DNA of 64,000 nt, from positions 3,520,001-3,584,000 of the forward strand of contig OY764216.1 in assembly GCA_963668315.1 (NCBI GenBank), read 5' to 3'. Below the pieces are notes generated by a model. The model was not told where the DNA came from, searched no databases, and was given only the letters and a program-made list of their open reading frames with translations. Within the stretch, counting starts at the first letter, position 1; every line of letters begins with the position of its first letter. Both the position numbers and the translations under genes were made by a program. The stretch is from Spirochaetia bacterium (lineage in GTDB: Bacteria > Spirochaetota > Spirochaetia > DSM-2461). Positions 48,238 to 58,291 of the stretch are shown here, piece after piece.

Positions 48238-50325
48238 TTACTCTTCAGACCAGAATATGATATCCCTGTCGTCAGCCGCGGCAGCCCTGCCTTGATAGTT
48301 GGATTCATTGCTCATATAGGCGTATTTCACCGCGCGTTCGGGATCAATATCCTTAAGCCTGAAGTAGGATTCCTCCGCCTGTTCGAAATTTTCCAGCTCA
48401 TACTGGGCCCGGGCTATGGAAGCGATGACCAGAGAGTTCTCCGGACTGATCTCTTCGGCTCTCTTATACCAGCTGAGGGCATTCCGGATATCCTCATTAA
48501 GTGAGTAGAGATTCCCCATATTTATCAGGGAAGAAATAAAACGTGAATCCAGCTGTATAGCCCGGTTGAACTGGTTTCTTGCCTCATCATATTTCCCGAA
48601 ACGGGCATACAAAACACCGAAGCTGTTCCTTATCCGGGCATTGTCGCCTCTGGACGATATCAACTCCTGATAGTCCTGTACTTTGGGCTGAATCTCCCGG
48701 TCGATGAAAATTGCCAGATTCTCCTCATAACTTTCAATGATCATCTCCCTTTCGGGAAAAACCAAGGAAAGAGCCGCCCCCGGTATGGCCACCGGTTCAT
48801 AGGTCTGCCAGGCATCATGAATCGGATAGATGGCGGCGCTGTTGTGTATGGTATTATTACGCCACTCCTTGGCTCCGATTTTCCAGGATTTGAGAAACCC
48901 CTCCGGTATCATGGTGATTTCCACAGGAACCCAGGTGTTGCCGTCCAGAAAAAGAAAATCCTCCGTATTGGAAAAAAGACTCTTTGCCTGGTCTTCGCTC
49001 ATATCCAGAGAGAACGCCATATAAATATGTCCGGGAATGGTAATAAAGGCCGTAGAAATTCCTACGGATTCAAGAAGGGACGAGTAAAGAATGGAAAGAT
49101 CATCACAATCTCCCGCGCGATAGGTCAGAGTCTGGGCCGGGAACTGCAGATAATCGATAAAGAGAGAATTTTTTATGGCTTCCACATAGGAGGACTGGGG
49201 ATCCACCACGTAATTCATGCCGTAAAGACGGAGTGTTTCATATATTCCCATGGCAATCCGGAAGTTCAGATTGATGGAATTGGTTCCCTGCTCGCGGATA
49301 ATTCCGGCGGTATTTTTGGCAAAAAGCAGAACCGTTGAGTCCTTGGCGTTCACAAAGGAAGCCGCCTTGCGGTCGTCATCCCACATCATGGAGTTGCGGT
49401 CATAGATTCTCAGGGTATAGGGGGTGGTGGATGTGAATCGTTCTCCCAGGTAGGTATATTCGGTTATGATGCTGGCGGATACCTTGGTGCTTTCGGTCAG
49501 CTGCATCACACTGTTGGTAAAGAGGGCTTTCAGTTCAATTTCCACGCTCTCTCCGTGTTTTAAACTGGAAATCTCGGCGCTCAGTTTCGGCTCTTCCATA
49601 TACTGATTCACGTTGAAATAGACCTTAATATCCGAAATGGAGCTGTTCTCGCCGTTCGTGACGGAGACTTTTCCCACGGCGTTATTATCATAGAAGCCGT
49701 AGAATACGGGGAAAACCGGATCGAACTGAATATCCTCGACCTTAATCCTGCTCCTGTTCTTTTTCGTATTCAGGTGAAACACCGTCCCCAGGGTTATTCG
49801 CGCTCCCTGGTACAGATCGGTATAGGATGAAGCGGCCGTATCATAACCGAGGTAATAGCGGTATCCGCCCCCGGCGGAGAGGGTAAATCCCGGGGTGAAA
49901 TCCCAGGAGAGATAAACATTGCCCCCCCCGTAGGGGTTCGATCCGCCGTCGGCGTCGGGGTACATCCCCAGATACCAGCCCACTTCTCCTCCGGCCGAGA
50001 GGCTCAGGGCATTTCCCATGCGAAGGCTCAAGCCTCCCTCAAACCCGGCAGAGAGAATAGACAGGTTTTCCGCCTGGGTCGGTAATATACTGTACCCTAA
50101 ATTCCCGCCATAATAGAAACTGGTAAAATCCGGGGGAGTGAAGTGCAGACTAAAAGTGGCCGAACCACCGGGGGTATAGAGGGAATCCTCATGGAAAACG
50201 GCGCTGTTTTCTCCAAGGGGAAGTTCAAAGGCCGGTCTCACAATAAGGCTGGCATTCTCCATCTGTCCGAATACCGCTGTTGCTGTGACGAGAAATATTA
50301 TAATAACAAGGATTATTTTTCGCAC
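48238..50325 (-). CDS. Secreted protein: putative outer-membrane beta-barrel + Ig-like + transglutaminase-like (GDCDD/GH) + TPR domains
   Basis: Signal peptide and Gly/aromatic alternating strands (aa ~25-185). GDCDDLSILYSSLLESVG..PGHIY..WVPVE. C-terminal TPRs (NSFGVLYARFG, INMGNLY). GTG start with GGGAGG RBS. Confidence 0.75.
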   Translation of the reverse strand: MRKIILVIIIFLVTATAVFGQMENASLIVRPAFELPLGENSAVFHEDSLYTPGGSATFSLHFTPPDFTSFYYGGNLGYSILPTQAENLSILSAGFEGGLSLRMGNALSLSAGGEVGWYLGMYPDADGGSNPYGGGNVYLSWDFTPGFTLSAGGGYRYYLGYDTAASSYTDLYQGARITLGTVFHLNTKKNRSRIKVEDIQFDPVFPVFYGFYDNNAVGKVSVTNGENSSISDIKVYFNVNQYMEEPKLSAEISSLKHGESVEIELKALFTNSVMQLTESTKVSASIITEYTYLGERFTSTTPYTLRIYDRNSMMWDDDRKAASFVNAKDSTVLLFAKNTAGIIREQGTNSINLNFRIAMGIYETLRLYGMNYVVDPQSSYVEAIKNSLFIDYLQFPAQTLTYRAGDCDDLSILYSSLLESVGISTAFITIPGHIYMAFSLDMSEDQAKSLFSNTEDFLFLDGNTWVPVEITMIPEGFLKSWKIGAKEWRNNTIHNSAAIYPIHDAWQTYEPVAIPGAALSLVFPEREMIIESYEENLAIFIDREIQPKVQDYQELISSRGDNARIRNSFGVLYARFGKYDEARNQFNRAIQLDSRFISSLINMGNLYSLNEDIRNALSWYKRAEEISPENSLVIASIARAQYELENFEQAEESYFRLKDIDPERAVKYAYMSNESNYQGRAAAADDRDIIFWSEE

Positions 50326-50838
50326 CTGAATCCTCCCATATACTGTTCCAGGAAAAACTTTAACAGATAATTGAAGCTACTCTTAATGCCGATCAGATAA
50401 AATGAATAATTCTATCGTTCTTATAATTTGTTAAATCCTAATGCTTTGTCATTTTAATTATAAGTGAGAGATCCACGGCTTTCAAGGATTCTCCTGCAGA
50501 TTACATTACTATTTCACTAGTATATAATTTCTCCTGGTAAGATCAGGCTGATTCTTCTCCTGCTGCGGGTCTAAAGGGGCCATAGCCGTTTCATACCCTT
50601 TGTTTTTCTACCAAAGGGTGATGTGCCGAGAGGAGCCTTTTTTAAAAACCGACCGCCAACATGGACGTTATCTCTTTACATTAGACACTGTCTATTGTAA
50701 AATGAATAGGAGTTTCTATACTGTTATTTTATGAATTCCGATTCAAAAACCCGAAGAAATCCAGAGAGAATTAACGCCTCACTCGGCGGCTCATTTTGGG
50801 AAATGCAGGTCATAATCGGTATTCATCAGGAGTTAAAA

Positions 50839-52932
50839 ATGAAATCAAAAGGTCTGGCGTTCCGTCTCGTTTTGTCGATGGGAATACTCGTCATGGTTAT
50901 CCTCGGTGCCGTCATCGTGTTCGTAGGAGTCAGGTTAAGATCCGACCTTTCAAAGGTCATGGAAAATGACTATGAATCCATCGTTGAGGCGCGGGCCGCC
51001 GAGGTGGGGGAAATTATCGCCGGTCACTGGGATCAACTGGTCCTGCTTTCCTCCCTTGAAGACCTGACTGTCGGAGATCTGGAGAGGGCGAAAGCTGAAA
51101 TAGGGCCGATGCGTCGAACGGGCCTCGTCAAGGATATTATCTCGATTTCGGTTTTCGATGATACCGGAAAAGTAAAGCTTTCCAACGGAGGGTTCGGGGA
51201 CATCAGCGACCGGGACTACTTCAGAGCCATTTTCAATGAAGGACGCGACCGCTTTATAAGCCAAGTGCTTATCCCTCAAACCTTCACCAAACCTACGGTG
51301 ATGTTCGCCCTGGCCGTCCCTCAGCAGAACGGGAAGAGATTCGCCATCGTGATGCAGATATCCCTCGACTATCTTTCCGAAATCGTGAAGAGCATGACTC
51401 TTCTGGAAGGTTCCTACGGATGGATTACCGATGAGAATACCACGGTCATCGCCCATCCCTCGACCGATCTGATCATGAACTATAATCTGGCGGCTGTAAA
51501 GGAAGAGGGGGAGTCGGGTAATTCGGTTCGAGCCCTGGCCAGGAAATTCCAGTCGGAGGATCAAGGCATAGGGAACTATAAAAATGAGTCCGGCAGGGAC
51601 ATGACCGTGTGTTTCGCGACTATTCCGAATTCGCCCGACTGGAAAATAGCCATCGACACGCCCACCGTAGCTTTCTATGCCGCCAGCAACCAGCTGATGG
51701 AAACACTGCTGATTGTCTTCGCCATTGCCATGACTGTGACAATCTGCTTGGCAATCGTTCTTGCCCGTTCCATCACAAAGCCCGTCAAGCAGGTAGCGTC
51801 GGAGTTCAGAAACCTCGCCGAAGGAGACGCCGACCTGTCCCGATCATTGAAAATCAAAGCAAAGGATGAGGTCGGAGATCTTGTGGAAGACTTCAACCGT
51901 TTCATAGAAAACCTGCGATCCATGATCGTCAACCTGAAGGGGACCCAGACATCCCTCGGGGGAATAGTAGAGGAACTTCGGTCCAGTGTCTTGGGCAGTG
52001 TAAGCGCGGTTTCCCAGATAGACCAGCGCTCAGACCGGATGATGACCCTGGCTCAGGAGCAGGGTGACGGCGTGACACAATCCTCCAGCGCCGTAGAAGA
52101 GGTCGCCAGGAATATTGAAAACCTTGATGCACTGATCCAGAATCAGGCGGCGGCGATAACGCAGGCATCAGCATCGATTGAAGAGATGGTGGGGAATACG
52201 CTATCCGTCTCCAAATCCATGGGCATTATTGCCTCAAACTTCCACGAGATCAACGTGGCGACGGAAAAGGGCGTAGCCCTTCAGGAGCAGGCCGGCATAC
52301 AGGTCAAAATCATATCGGACCTGTCCAACACATTGATTGAAGCGAACGAAGTAATATCCGGTATCGCAGCCCAGACAAACCTCCTGGCCATGAATGCCGC
52401 CATTGAAGCGGCTCATGCGGGCGCTGCGGGAAAAGGATTTTCCGTAGTGGCAGATGAAATACGCCGGCTTGCTGAGACTTCCACGGTCCAGTCATCATCC
52501 ATAGGTAAGGACCTTATGAAAGTGCAGGATGGGATCTCGACTGTCGTGACGAATACCGGAGCCACGGGAGAGGCCTTTACCCTTCTGGCACAGCTCATAC
52601 ACGCCACAGGACGCCTTGTAAAAGAAGTAGGATCGGCTGTGGATGAACAGAGTGAGGGCTCGAATCAGGTATTGGAAGCCCTGAAAACCATGAATGAAAT
52701 CAGTGCCGAGGTCAGAGGCGGGTCAGCGGAAATGAGCAGCGGAAACAGGATGATTCTGGGTTCCGTATCCCGCATCATGGTAAGCGCCAGGGAAATTGAA
52801 ACCAGCACCAGAGAAGTCAGCCAGGGTGTGAGGGGTGTACAGGAGAGCTTCGGAACCATAGAGAACCTGAGCGGTAAGACCGAAGAGCTGATAACTCATA
52901 TGGAAGAGGCGATAGGCCGGTTCAAAGCTTAA
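50839..52932 (+). CDS. Methyl-accepting chemotaxis protein
   Basis: Two TMs, Cache, HAMP, QTNLLAMNAAIEAAHAGAAGKGFSVVADEIRRLAE. ATG 50839 with AGGAG RBS. Confidence 0.93.
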   Translation: MKSKGLAFRLVLSMGILVMVILGAVIVFVGVRLRSDLSKVMENDYESIVEARAAEVGEIIAGHWDQLVLLSSLEDLTVGDLERAKAEIGPMRRTGLVKDIISISVFDDTGKVKLSNGGFGDISDRDYFRAIFNEGRDRFISQVLIPQTFTKPTVMFALAVPQQNGKRFAIVMQISLDYLSEIVKSMTLLEGSYGWITDENTTVIAHPSTDLIMNYNLAAVKEEGESGNSVRALARKFQSEDQGIGNYKNESGRDMTVCFATIPNSPDWKIAIDTPTVAFYAASNQLMETLLIVFAIAMTVTICLAIVLARSITKPVKQVASEFRNLAEGDADLSRSLKIKAKDEVGDLVEDFNRFIENLRSMIVNLKGTQTSLGGIVEELRSSVLGSVSAVSQIDQRSDRMMTLAQEQGDGVTQSSSAVEEVARNIENLDALIQNQAAAITQASASIEEMVGNTLSVSKSMGIIASNFHEINVATEKGVALQEQAGIQVKIISDLSNTLIEANEVISGIAAQTNLLAMNAAIEAAHAGAAGKGFSVVADEIRRLAETSTVQSSSIGKDLMKVQDGISTVVTNTGATGEAFTLLAQLIHATGRLVKEVGSAVDEQSEGSNQVLEALKTMNEISAEVRGGSAEMSSGNRMILGSVSRIMVSAREIETSTREVSQGVRGVQESFGTIENLSGKTEELITHMEEAIGRFKA

Positions 52933-53033
52933 GCTGGGGCAACTGTCGGCTCATTACCGACAGTCTGCGCCATAGGTTTATTCAGAGCACGGGAACCGCG
53001 ATCAAACCACGGTCGGACTGAACGTACTTCTGC

Positions 53034-53747
53034 TTAGTTTCCGATAATCCGGATTCTCTCCCCGTTAGGAGACAAAATCTCCCTGCCTTTCCCCTCCATT
53101 CCCTCAATGATGATGGAATCAAAAGCTTTGCCTTCATATTTCTTATGGGTTATTCCCGCTATCTCATACAGTTCCACGATGTTGTCCCCCAGGCCCATCA
53201 TGGAGCAGTAGACATAGCTGCCCTCGTCTCCCAGCCTTTCGCTCATAAGGTCTGTAAAACCCAGGCCCAGGTAAAACGACTTCATTTCCTTCATATCGTA
53301 TACGGGGCAGCCGTAATGATCCAGTCCGAAGGCGAGCTGATTGAACTCCACGGGCGGTTTGTCCAGTCTCTGGGAAAGCTCCAGCTTAATGCCAAAATCG
53401 GTAAACACATTAAAAAACCACATGCCCGTACCCCAGACTTTGGGATTATAAAAGGGTTTTCCATCGCAGAGTTCCAGTCGGAACCCTTTTACCTTACAGT
53501 ATTCAAAAGCCTTATCTATATCCGCCGTTTCCAGGGCAATATGCTCCCAGCCCGTACAGGCCCCCCCGTCGCCGTAGAAGGGTTCGCAGGGTTGGTCCGC
53601 TTTGTAGACCCGGATACGGCAATTGCCGTTCGTTATATACCTGTACTCTCCTGTCGGGACGGGCCGCTCTGTAAAGCAAAAATTCTCACACATCCAGGAA
53701 ATAAAAGCCAGAGTATCATGAATCTTCAAAACTGATGTTATTTGCAT
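53034..53747 (-). CDS. VOC/glyoxalase superfamily protein
   Basis: GWEHIALET.DID.A, LELSQ, GLDHYGCPV.D....FY..LGF, VELYE. Confidence 0.75.
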   Translation of the reverse strand: MQITSVLKIHDTLAFISWMCENFCFTERPVPTGEYRYITNGNCRIRVYKADQPCEPFYGDGGACTGWEHIALETADIDKAFEYCKVKGFRLELCDGKPFYNPKVWGTGMWFFNVFTDFGIKLELSQRLDKPPVEFNQLAFGLDHYGCPVYDMKEMKSFYLGLGFTDLMSERLGDEGSYVYCSMMGLGDNIVELYEIAGITHKKYEGKAFDSIIIEGMEGKGREILSPNGERIRIIGN

Positions 53748-53855
53748 GGCTTCACTCTATCTATATTCCCATCCCATGTCTATATGCTCAGGGAAATAAA
53801 GGGATAATGCGAAGGGCCCATTGAACGGGGAGTGTCCTTGGCCTATCATTAAGTT

Positions 53856-54278
53856 ATGGACAACATTCAGAAATTTCGAGACGCCCAGTCGGGGATATAC
53901 GAAACGGCTCTGCAGGAGATCCGGAACGGCAGGAAAAGGAGCCACTGGATATGGTATTTCTTCCCCCAGATCGTCGGACTGGGACACAGCTCCATCAGCC
54001 GGGCCTATGGGGTAAAATCCCCCGGAGAAGTACGTGAATATCTTGCGGATGAGATTTTGAGCCAGAGGCTCATCTCCATGACACAGGCTGTTATTGACAA
54101 TCCCCGTAGCATTGATGAGATCTTCGGCTATCCGGATAACCTGAAGTTCGTCTCCTCCATGACCCTGTTCGCCCGGTTCTCAAAGGAAGATTCTCTCTTC
54201 CGTAAAGCTCTGAAGGTAAAAAACGGGGGCAGAGAAGACGAACTTACCCTGGAAATTATGAACAGGAAAAACTGGTAG
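53856..54278 (+). CDS. DUF1810 family protein
   Basis: F.DAQ...YETAL.EI.NGRKRSHWIWYFFPQI.GLG.S, IFGYPD.LKF.SSMTLF. Confidence 0.88.
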   Translation: MDNIQKFRDAQSGIYETALQEIRNGRKRSHWIWYFFPQIVGLGHSSISRAYGVKSPGEVREYLADEILSQRLISMTQAVIDNPRSIDEIFGYPDNLKFVSSMTLFARFSKEDSLFRKALKVKNGGREDELTLEIMNRKNW

Positions 54279-54389
54279 GTCCTAAAACTCCTTCATTCAA
54301 TGCCAGTGCACAAGCAATGTCGCTAAATACGGGAAGAATGGGATTGAAAACAACTTCACCGATGGAAGCAAGAGCTATTACGCAACTGC

Positions 54390-54415
54390 CAGAATGGCAG
54401 AATGGCAGAATGGCA
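54390..54415 (+). repeat. 8-bp tandem repeat (CAGAATGG)x3
   Basis: Read directly in non-coding DNA downstream of the tRNA 3' end. Confidence 0.8.
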
Positions 54416-54640
54416 ACTAAAATTCCGCTGTGAAGATCAATGCCAGGGGCCTTAGCTGTGACTCTAACTTCTGGATTATATCAGCTCTTATTCGGTGGTG
54501 AACTTCTTATAAAGAAGAACGGCCCATCACAAAACTACTTCTTCCCGAGTTAAATTCTCGTTTTACAGTAGTAATGCTTGGTCCGATATTACGGCAGCCA
54601 TTACGGCTTTAAATATTTGCTTTGAAAAGCAATTGTAAAG

Positions 54641-54712
54641 AGCCAACGGTCGGAATTGAACCGACGACCTACGCTTTACGAGAGCGTTGCTCTACCCCTG
54701 AGCTACGTTGGC
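54641..54712 (-). tRNA. tRNA-Thr(CGT)
   Basis: Reverse complement GCCAACGTAGCTCAGGGGTAGAGCAACGCTCTCGTAAAGCGTAGGTCGTCGGTTCAATTCCGACCGTTGGCT folds as a cloverleaf. Anticodon CGT; CCA not encoded. Confidence 0.96.
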
Positions 54713-54867
54713 TTGCAGGTAGGCACTATATCAGAAGAGCGGTATTTTGGCAAGACGTATAAAAATATATCTTCCAAAAAGTTCTCTTTTGAATTTTTTC
54801 CCATTCTAACTATATAACCAAATGTTCTGTTTGTCTGCCTTAAATGATCGGCGATTCCTATTTTTTA

Positions 54868-54896
54868 TTGACAACCGAAAGGGGATGCTCTACCTT
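54868..54896 (+). promoter_or_regulatory. Putative sigma70 promoter of ppdK
   Basis: TTGACA-N17-TACCTT. Confidence 0.55.
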
Positions 54897-54947
54897 TAAT
54901 AGCGAAGTTCAGTACGTTGTTAACGTAAAAAAAGTAAGGAAGATGAA

Positions 54948-57611
54948 ATGGAAAAAAAGCACGTATATTTCTTCGGAAACGGAAAAGCTGAAGGAAAAGC
55001 CGAAATGAAGGAGTTCCTTGGAGGAAAAGGAGCTAATCTGGCAGAAATGACAAATCTCGGCATACCCGTTCCTCCCGGATTTACCATCAGTACCGAAGCT
55101 TGTGATATTTATTATAGAAACAACCAATCCTATCCCCAGGACATCATCGATCAGGTGGAAGCAAACCTCGCGAAACTGGAGAAAACCATGGGTAAAACCC
55201 TGGGCGACGCCAATGATCCTCTTCTGGTTTCCGTCCGTTCTGGAGCTGCCATTTCCATGCCCGGCATGATGGATACGGTCCTCAATCTGGGGCTGAATGA
55301 AAAAGCCGTTGCCGGTATTGCCAGGAACACGGGGAATGACCGTTTTGCCTGGGACGCCTACCGCCGTTTTATCCAGATGTTCGGAGACGTGGTTAAGGGC
55401 GTACCCCATCATGATTTCGAAGAAGCCCTGGATAATGTAAAAAAATCCAAAGGGGTGGAGAACGACATAGACCTGACGGCTGAAGACCTTCAGGAAGTGG
55501 TTAAAAAATATTTAGTGGTATATAAAAATGCGGTCAAAGAAGACTTCCCCCAGGATCCCAAAGTTCAGCTTTGGGGTGCCATTGATGCCGTTTTCGGTTC
55601 CTGGCACAATGAAAGAGCCCTCAAGTATATGGAGATCAACAAGATCACCGGTCTTCTGGGGACGGCGGTAAATGTCCAGTCCATGGTATTCGGAAACTGG
55701 TCTGAAGATTCCGGTACGGGCGTCTGTTTTTCCCGGGATCCCTCCACGGGGGAACGGTACTTCTACGGCGAATACCTTATGAACGCCCAGGGAGAAGATG
55801 TGGTGGCCGGAATCAGGACGCCCGAGTCCATCACCGACCTGGAAAACAAAAATCCCGTTGTTTACAAGCAGCTGGTCGATATCAAGGACAGGCTGGAAAA
55901 TCATTATCACGACATGCAGGATATGGAATTTACCATTCAGGAAGGTTCACTGTATCTTCTGCAGACGAGAAACGGCAAAAGGACAGGACCGGCTGCGGTG
56001 CGCATGGCCGTGGAAATGGTGGCCGAGGGACTGATCGATAGGGAAACAGCCCTCCAGAGGGTCACCCCCGAACAGTTGGATCAGCTGCTCCATCCCATGA
56101 TCGATTCTTCTGTCAAGAAAACCCTCAATTCCATAGCCGTCGGGCTGAATGCTTCCCCCGGCGCCGCCTGCGGTCAGATTGTCTTTACCGCCGATGAAGC
56201 GGAAAAATGGGCCTCCGACGGAAAGAAGGTTCTTCTTGTCAGAAAAGATACGAGCCCCGAGGATATCGGAGGAATGCATGTTTCCGAAGGAATCCTCACA
56301 AGCACGGGCGGTATGACCAGTCACGCCGCCGTTGTGGCCAGAGGAATGGGAACTCCCTGCGTGGCGGGATGCAAGGAACTTTCCATCAGCGAAAGCGGTA
56401 AAACCCTTACGGTGAAGGGGAAAACATATAAAGAGGGCGATTTCATCTCCATAGACGGATCGGACGGATCTGTCTATGAAGGGGCCATCGAACTTGTCGC
56501 GCCCGAACTGTCGGGTACCCTGAATTCCCTTCTGGCCTGGGCCGATGAGATCGCCGCGGGAGCAAAACGGGAAGGAGTGGTGGACGGCTTCAAAGTCCGG
56601 GCCAATGCGGATCAGCCGGTGGATGCGGCAAAAGCCATTGAGTTCGGTGCCACGGGTATAGGTCTGTGCCGTACGGAGCACATGTTTTTCGATGAAGAAA
56701 AACTGGAAAAATTCCGTATCATGATTGTGGCTGACAGTCTTGAAGAGAGAATCGAATCCCTGCAGGAGATCCTCAAGCATCAGATTGGTGACTTCGTGGA
56801 GATTTTTCGCATTATGGACGGTTTGCCCGTCAATGTCCGCCTTCTTGATCCGCCCCTCCATGAATTTGTCCCCCATACGGACCGGGAAATCGAAGCTCTG
56901 GCCAAGGCCACGGGCAAGGATATCAACCTGCTTAAGAACAAGATCAGCTCCCTGCACGAATTGAATCCCATGCTGGGCCATCGGGGATGCCGCCTTGGTA
57001 TCACCTATCCCGAGATTTACGACATGCAGGTGGAAGCCATTATGAAGGCCGCAGTGAAAGTTGCCGGAGAGGGAGTGAAAGTGCTTCCCGAAATAATGAT
57101 TCCCCTGGTAGGAACGGTGAACGAACTGGAACCGCTCAGAGCCAATGCGGAAAAAGTCATAAAGAGAGTCCTTGACGAGGCCGGGGTCTCCATTGATTAC
57201 CAGCTCGGGACAATGATCGAAATCCCCCGGGCGGCTCTTACCGCCGAGGATGTGGCAAAGCACGCCGATTACTTCTCCTTCGGAACCAATGACCTGACCC
57301 AGATGACCTTCGGCTATTCACGGGATGACATAAACGGATTTCTCCCTGATTATCTGAAGCAGAAGATTCTCCATGCCGATCCTTTCCAGACGATTGATCA
57401 GCATGGGGTGGGACTGCTGGTGAAAATGGCTGTGGAAAAGGGAAGGACAACCAAACCCAAACTGAAGACCAGTATCTGCGGTGAGCACGGAGGAGATCCC
57501 GCATCCATTGATTTCTGCTACAGAGCAGGTCTGAATGTCGTCTCCTGTTCGCCCTACCGGGTTCCCATCGCCCGGCTGGCAGCCGCACAGGCCGTTCTTA
57601 ATAATAAATAG
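54948..57611 (+). CDS. ppdK: Pyruvate, phosphate dikinase
   Basis: LGGKGANLAEM, LVSVRSGA..SMPGMMDT, GGMTSHAAVVARG (phospho-His), GLCRTEHMF, SFGTNDLTQ, CGEHGGDP. Confidence 0.97.
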   Translation: MEKKHVYFFGNGKAEGKAEMKEFLGGKGANLAEMTNLGIPVPPGFTISTEACDIYYRNNQSYPQDIIDQVEANLAKLEKTMGKTLGDANDPLLVSVRSGAAISMPGMMDTVLNLGLNEKAVAGIARNTGNDRFAWDAYRRFIQMFGDVVKGVPHHDFEEALDNVKKSKGVENDIDLTAEDLQEVVKKYLVVYKNAVKEDFPQDPKVQLWGAIDAVFGSWHNERALKYMEINKITGLLGTAVNVQSMVFGNWSEDSGTGVCFSRDPSTGERYFYGEYLMNAQGEDVVAGIRTPESITDLENKNPVVYKQLVDIKDRLENHYHDMQDMEFTIQEGSLYLLQTRNGKRTGPAAVRMAVEMVAEGLIDRETALQRVTPEQLDQLLHPMIDSSVKKTLNSIAVGLNASPGAACGQIVFTADEAEKWASDGKKVLLVRKDTSPEDIGGMHVSEGILTSTGGMTSHAAVVARGMGTPCVAGCKELSISESGKTLTVKGKTYKEGDFISIDGSDGSVYEGAIELVAPELSGTLNSLLAWADEIAAGAKREGVVDGFKVRANADQPVDAAKAIEFGATGIGLCRTEHMFFDEEKLEKFRIMIVADSLEERIESLQEILKHQIGDFVEIFRIMDGLPVNVRLLDPPLHEFVPHTDREIEALAKATGKDINLLKNKISSLHELNPMLGHRGCRLGITYPEIYDMQVEAIMKAAVKVAGEGVKVLPEIMIPLVGTVNELEPLRANAEKVIKRVLDEAGVSIDYQLGTMIEIPRAALTAEDVAKHADYFSFGTNDLTQMTFGYSRDDINGFLPDYLKQKILHADPFQTIDQHGVGLLVKMAVEKGRTTKPKLKTSICGEHGGDPASIDFCYRAGLNVVSCSPYRVPIARLAAAQAVLNNK

Positions 57612-57628
57612 TTTCTATTATTAAGAAG

Positions 57629-57662
57629 AAAAGCCTCTATCCGCAAGGTAGGGGCTTTTTTT
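57629..57662 (+). terminator. Rho-independent terminator after ppdK
   Basis: AAAAGCCTCTA..CC-GCAA-GG..TAGGGGCTTTTTTT. Confidence 0.85.
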
Positions 57663-57714
57663 ATGAAAATAAGAAATAAATATACCAAATGGCACCTACC
57701 TGGAAAATGAAATG

Positions 57715-57723
57715 TGCTATAAT
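57715..57723 (+). promoter_or_regulatory. Extended -10 promoter of the kinase operon
   Basis: TGCTATAAT 35 nt upstream of an ATG preceded by TAAGGAG. Confidence 0.6.
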
Positions 57724-57758
57724 TTTAGTAAACAGTTAGACGAATAAGGAGTTCTATC

Positions 57759-58289
57759 ATGAAATTTTCAGAAATGGATGAACGTATTCAGAATCACATA
57801 ATTAAAAATGTACTTACCCCTTCCGGACTGGAAGACAATGAAATCAATAAAGAGATGATGGCGACCGCCTGGTTTAACAAGGAAGAAGCCTTTACGACAC
57901 AGTTGGCCAACCTGGGAATGGAAGAGGTCGATTCCCTGTCTGAGAACGAAGAAAAAGCCGCCCTGGCGCTGACTTTTTCCGGTTCCCTTATCGGGATCGG
58001 ACCGATGGAAGGCGAACACCGCCAGGTGATTTACTCCAGTATCGGGATGAGAAGGGATGTTCCCAATCAGGCAGTGTCCGACAACTCTTCCATTAAGGGT
58101 GATTTGAAGATAGGGGAGGAAGCCCATTTCGCAGGCGGCCCCATTGTCAAGAGTTCCCCTTTGTACAAAATTGCCCTGATTAAGGATGAAGTACTTCCCA
58201 TAGAGGATCAGCGCCATACGATCAGCGAAGCAACAAGGATCATCACCGAGGAATTCGTGGATGTGAACAAAACGGTCATTGTTGAATAA
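57759..58289 (+). CDS. Hypothetical acidic cytoplasmic protein, first gene of the kinase operon
   Basis: 176-aa ORF with a strong RBS, 2 nt from the next gene. No motif recognised. Confidence 0.8.
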   Translation: MKFSEMDERIQNHIIKNVLTPSGLEDNEINKEMMATAWFNKEEAFTTQLANLGMEEVDSLSENEEKAALALTFSGSLIGIGPMEGEHRQVIYSSIGMRRDVPNQAVSDNSSIKGDLKIGEEAHFAGGPIVKSSPLYKIALIKDEVLPIEDQRHTISEATRIITEEFVDVNKTVIVE

Positions 58290-58291
58290 AT

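Noticed and set aside
50560..50592. GCTGCGGGTCTAA...ATAGCCG resembling the 3' half of a c-di-GMP-I riboswitch
   Set aside because: The 5' half and GCAAA junction are absent, so it is not called as an ncRNA.
54279..54640. Short ORFs (under 40 aa) beside the tRNA
   Set aside because: No RBS or recognisable similarity in the frames examined.
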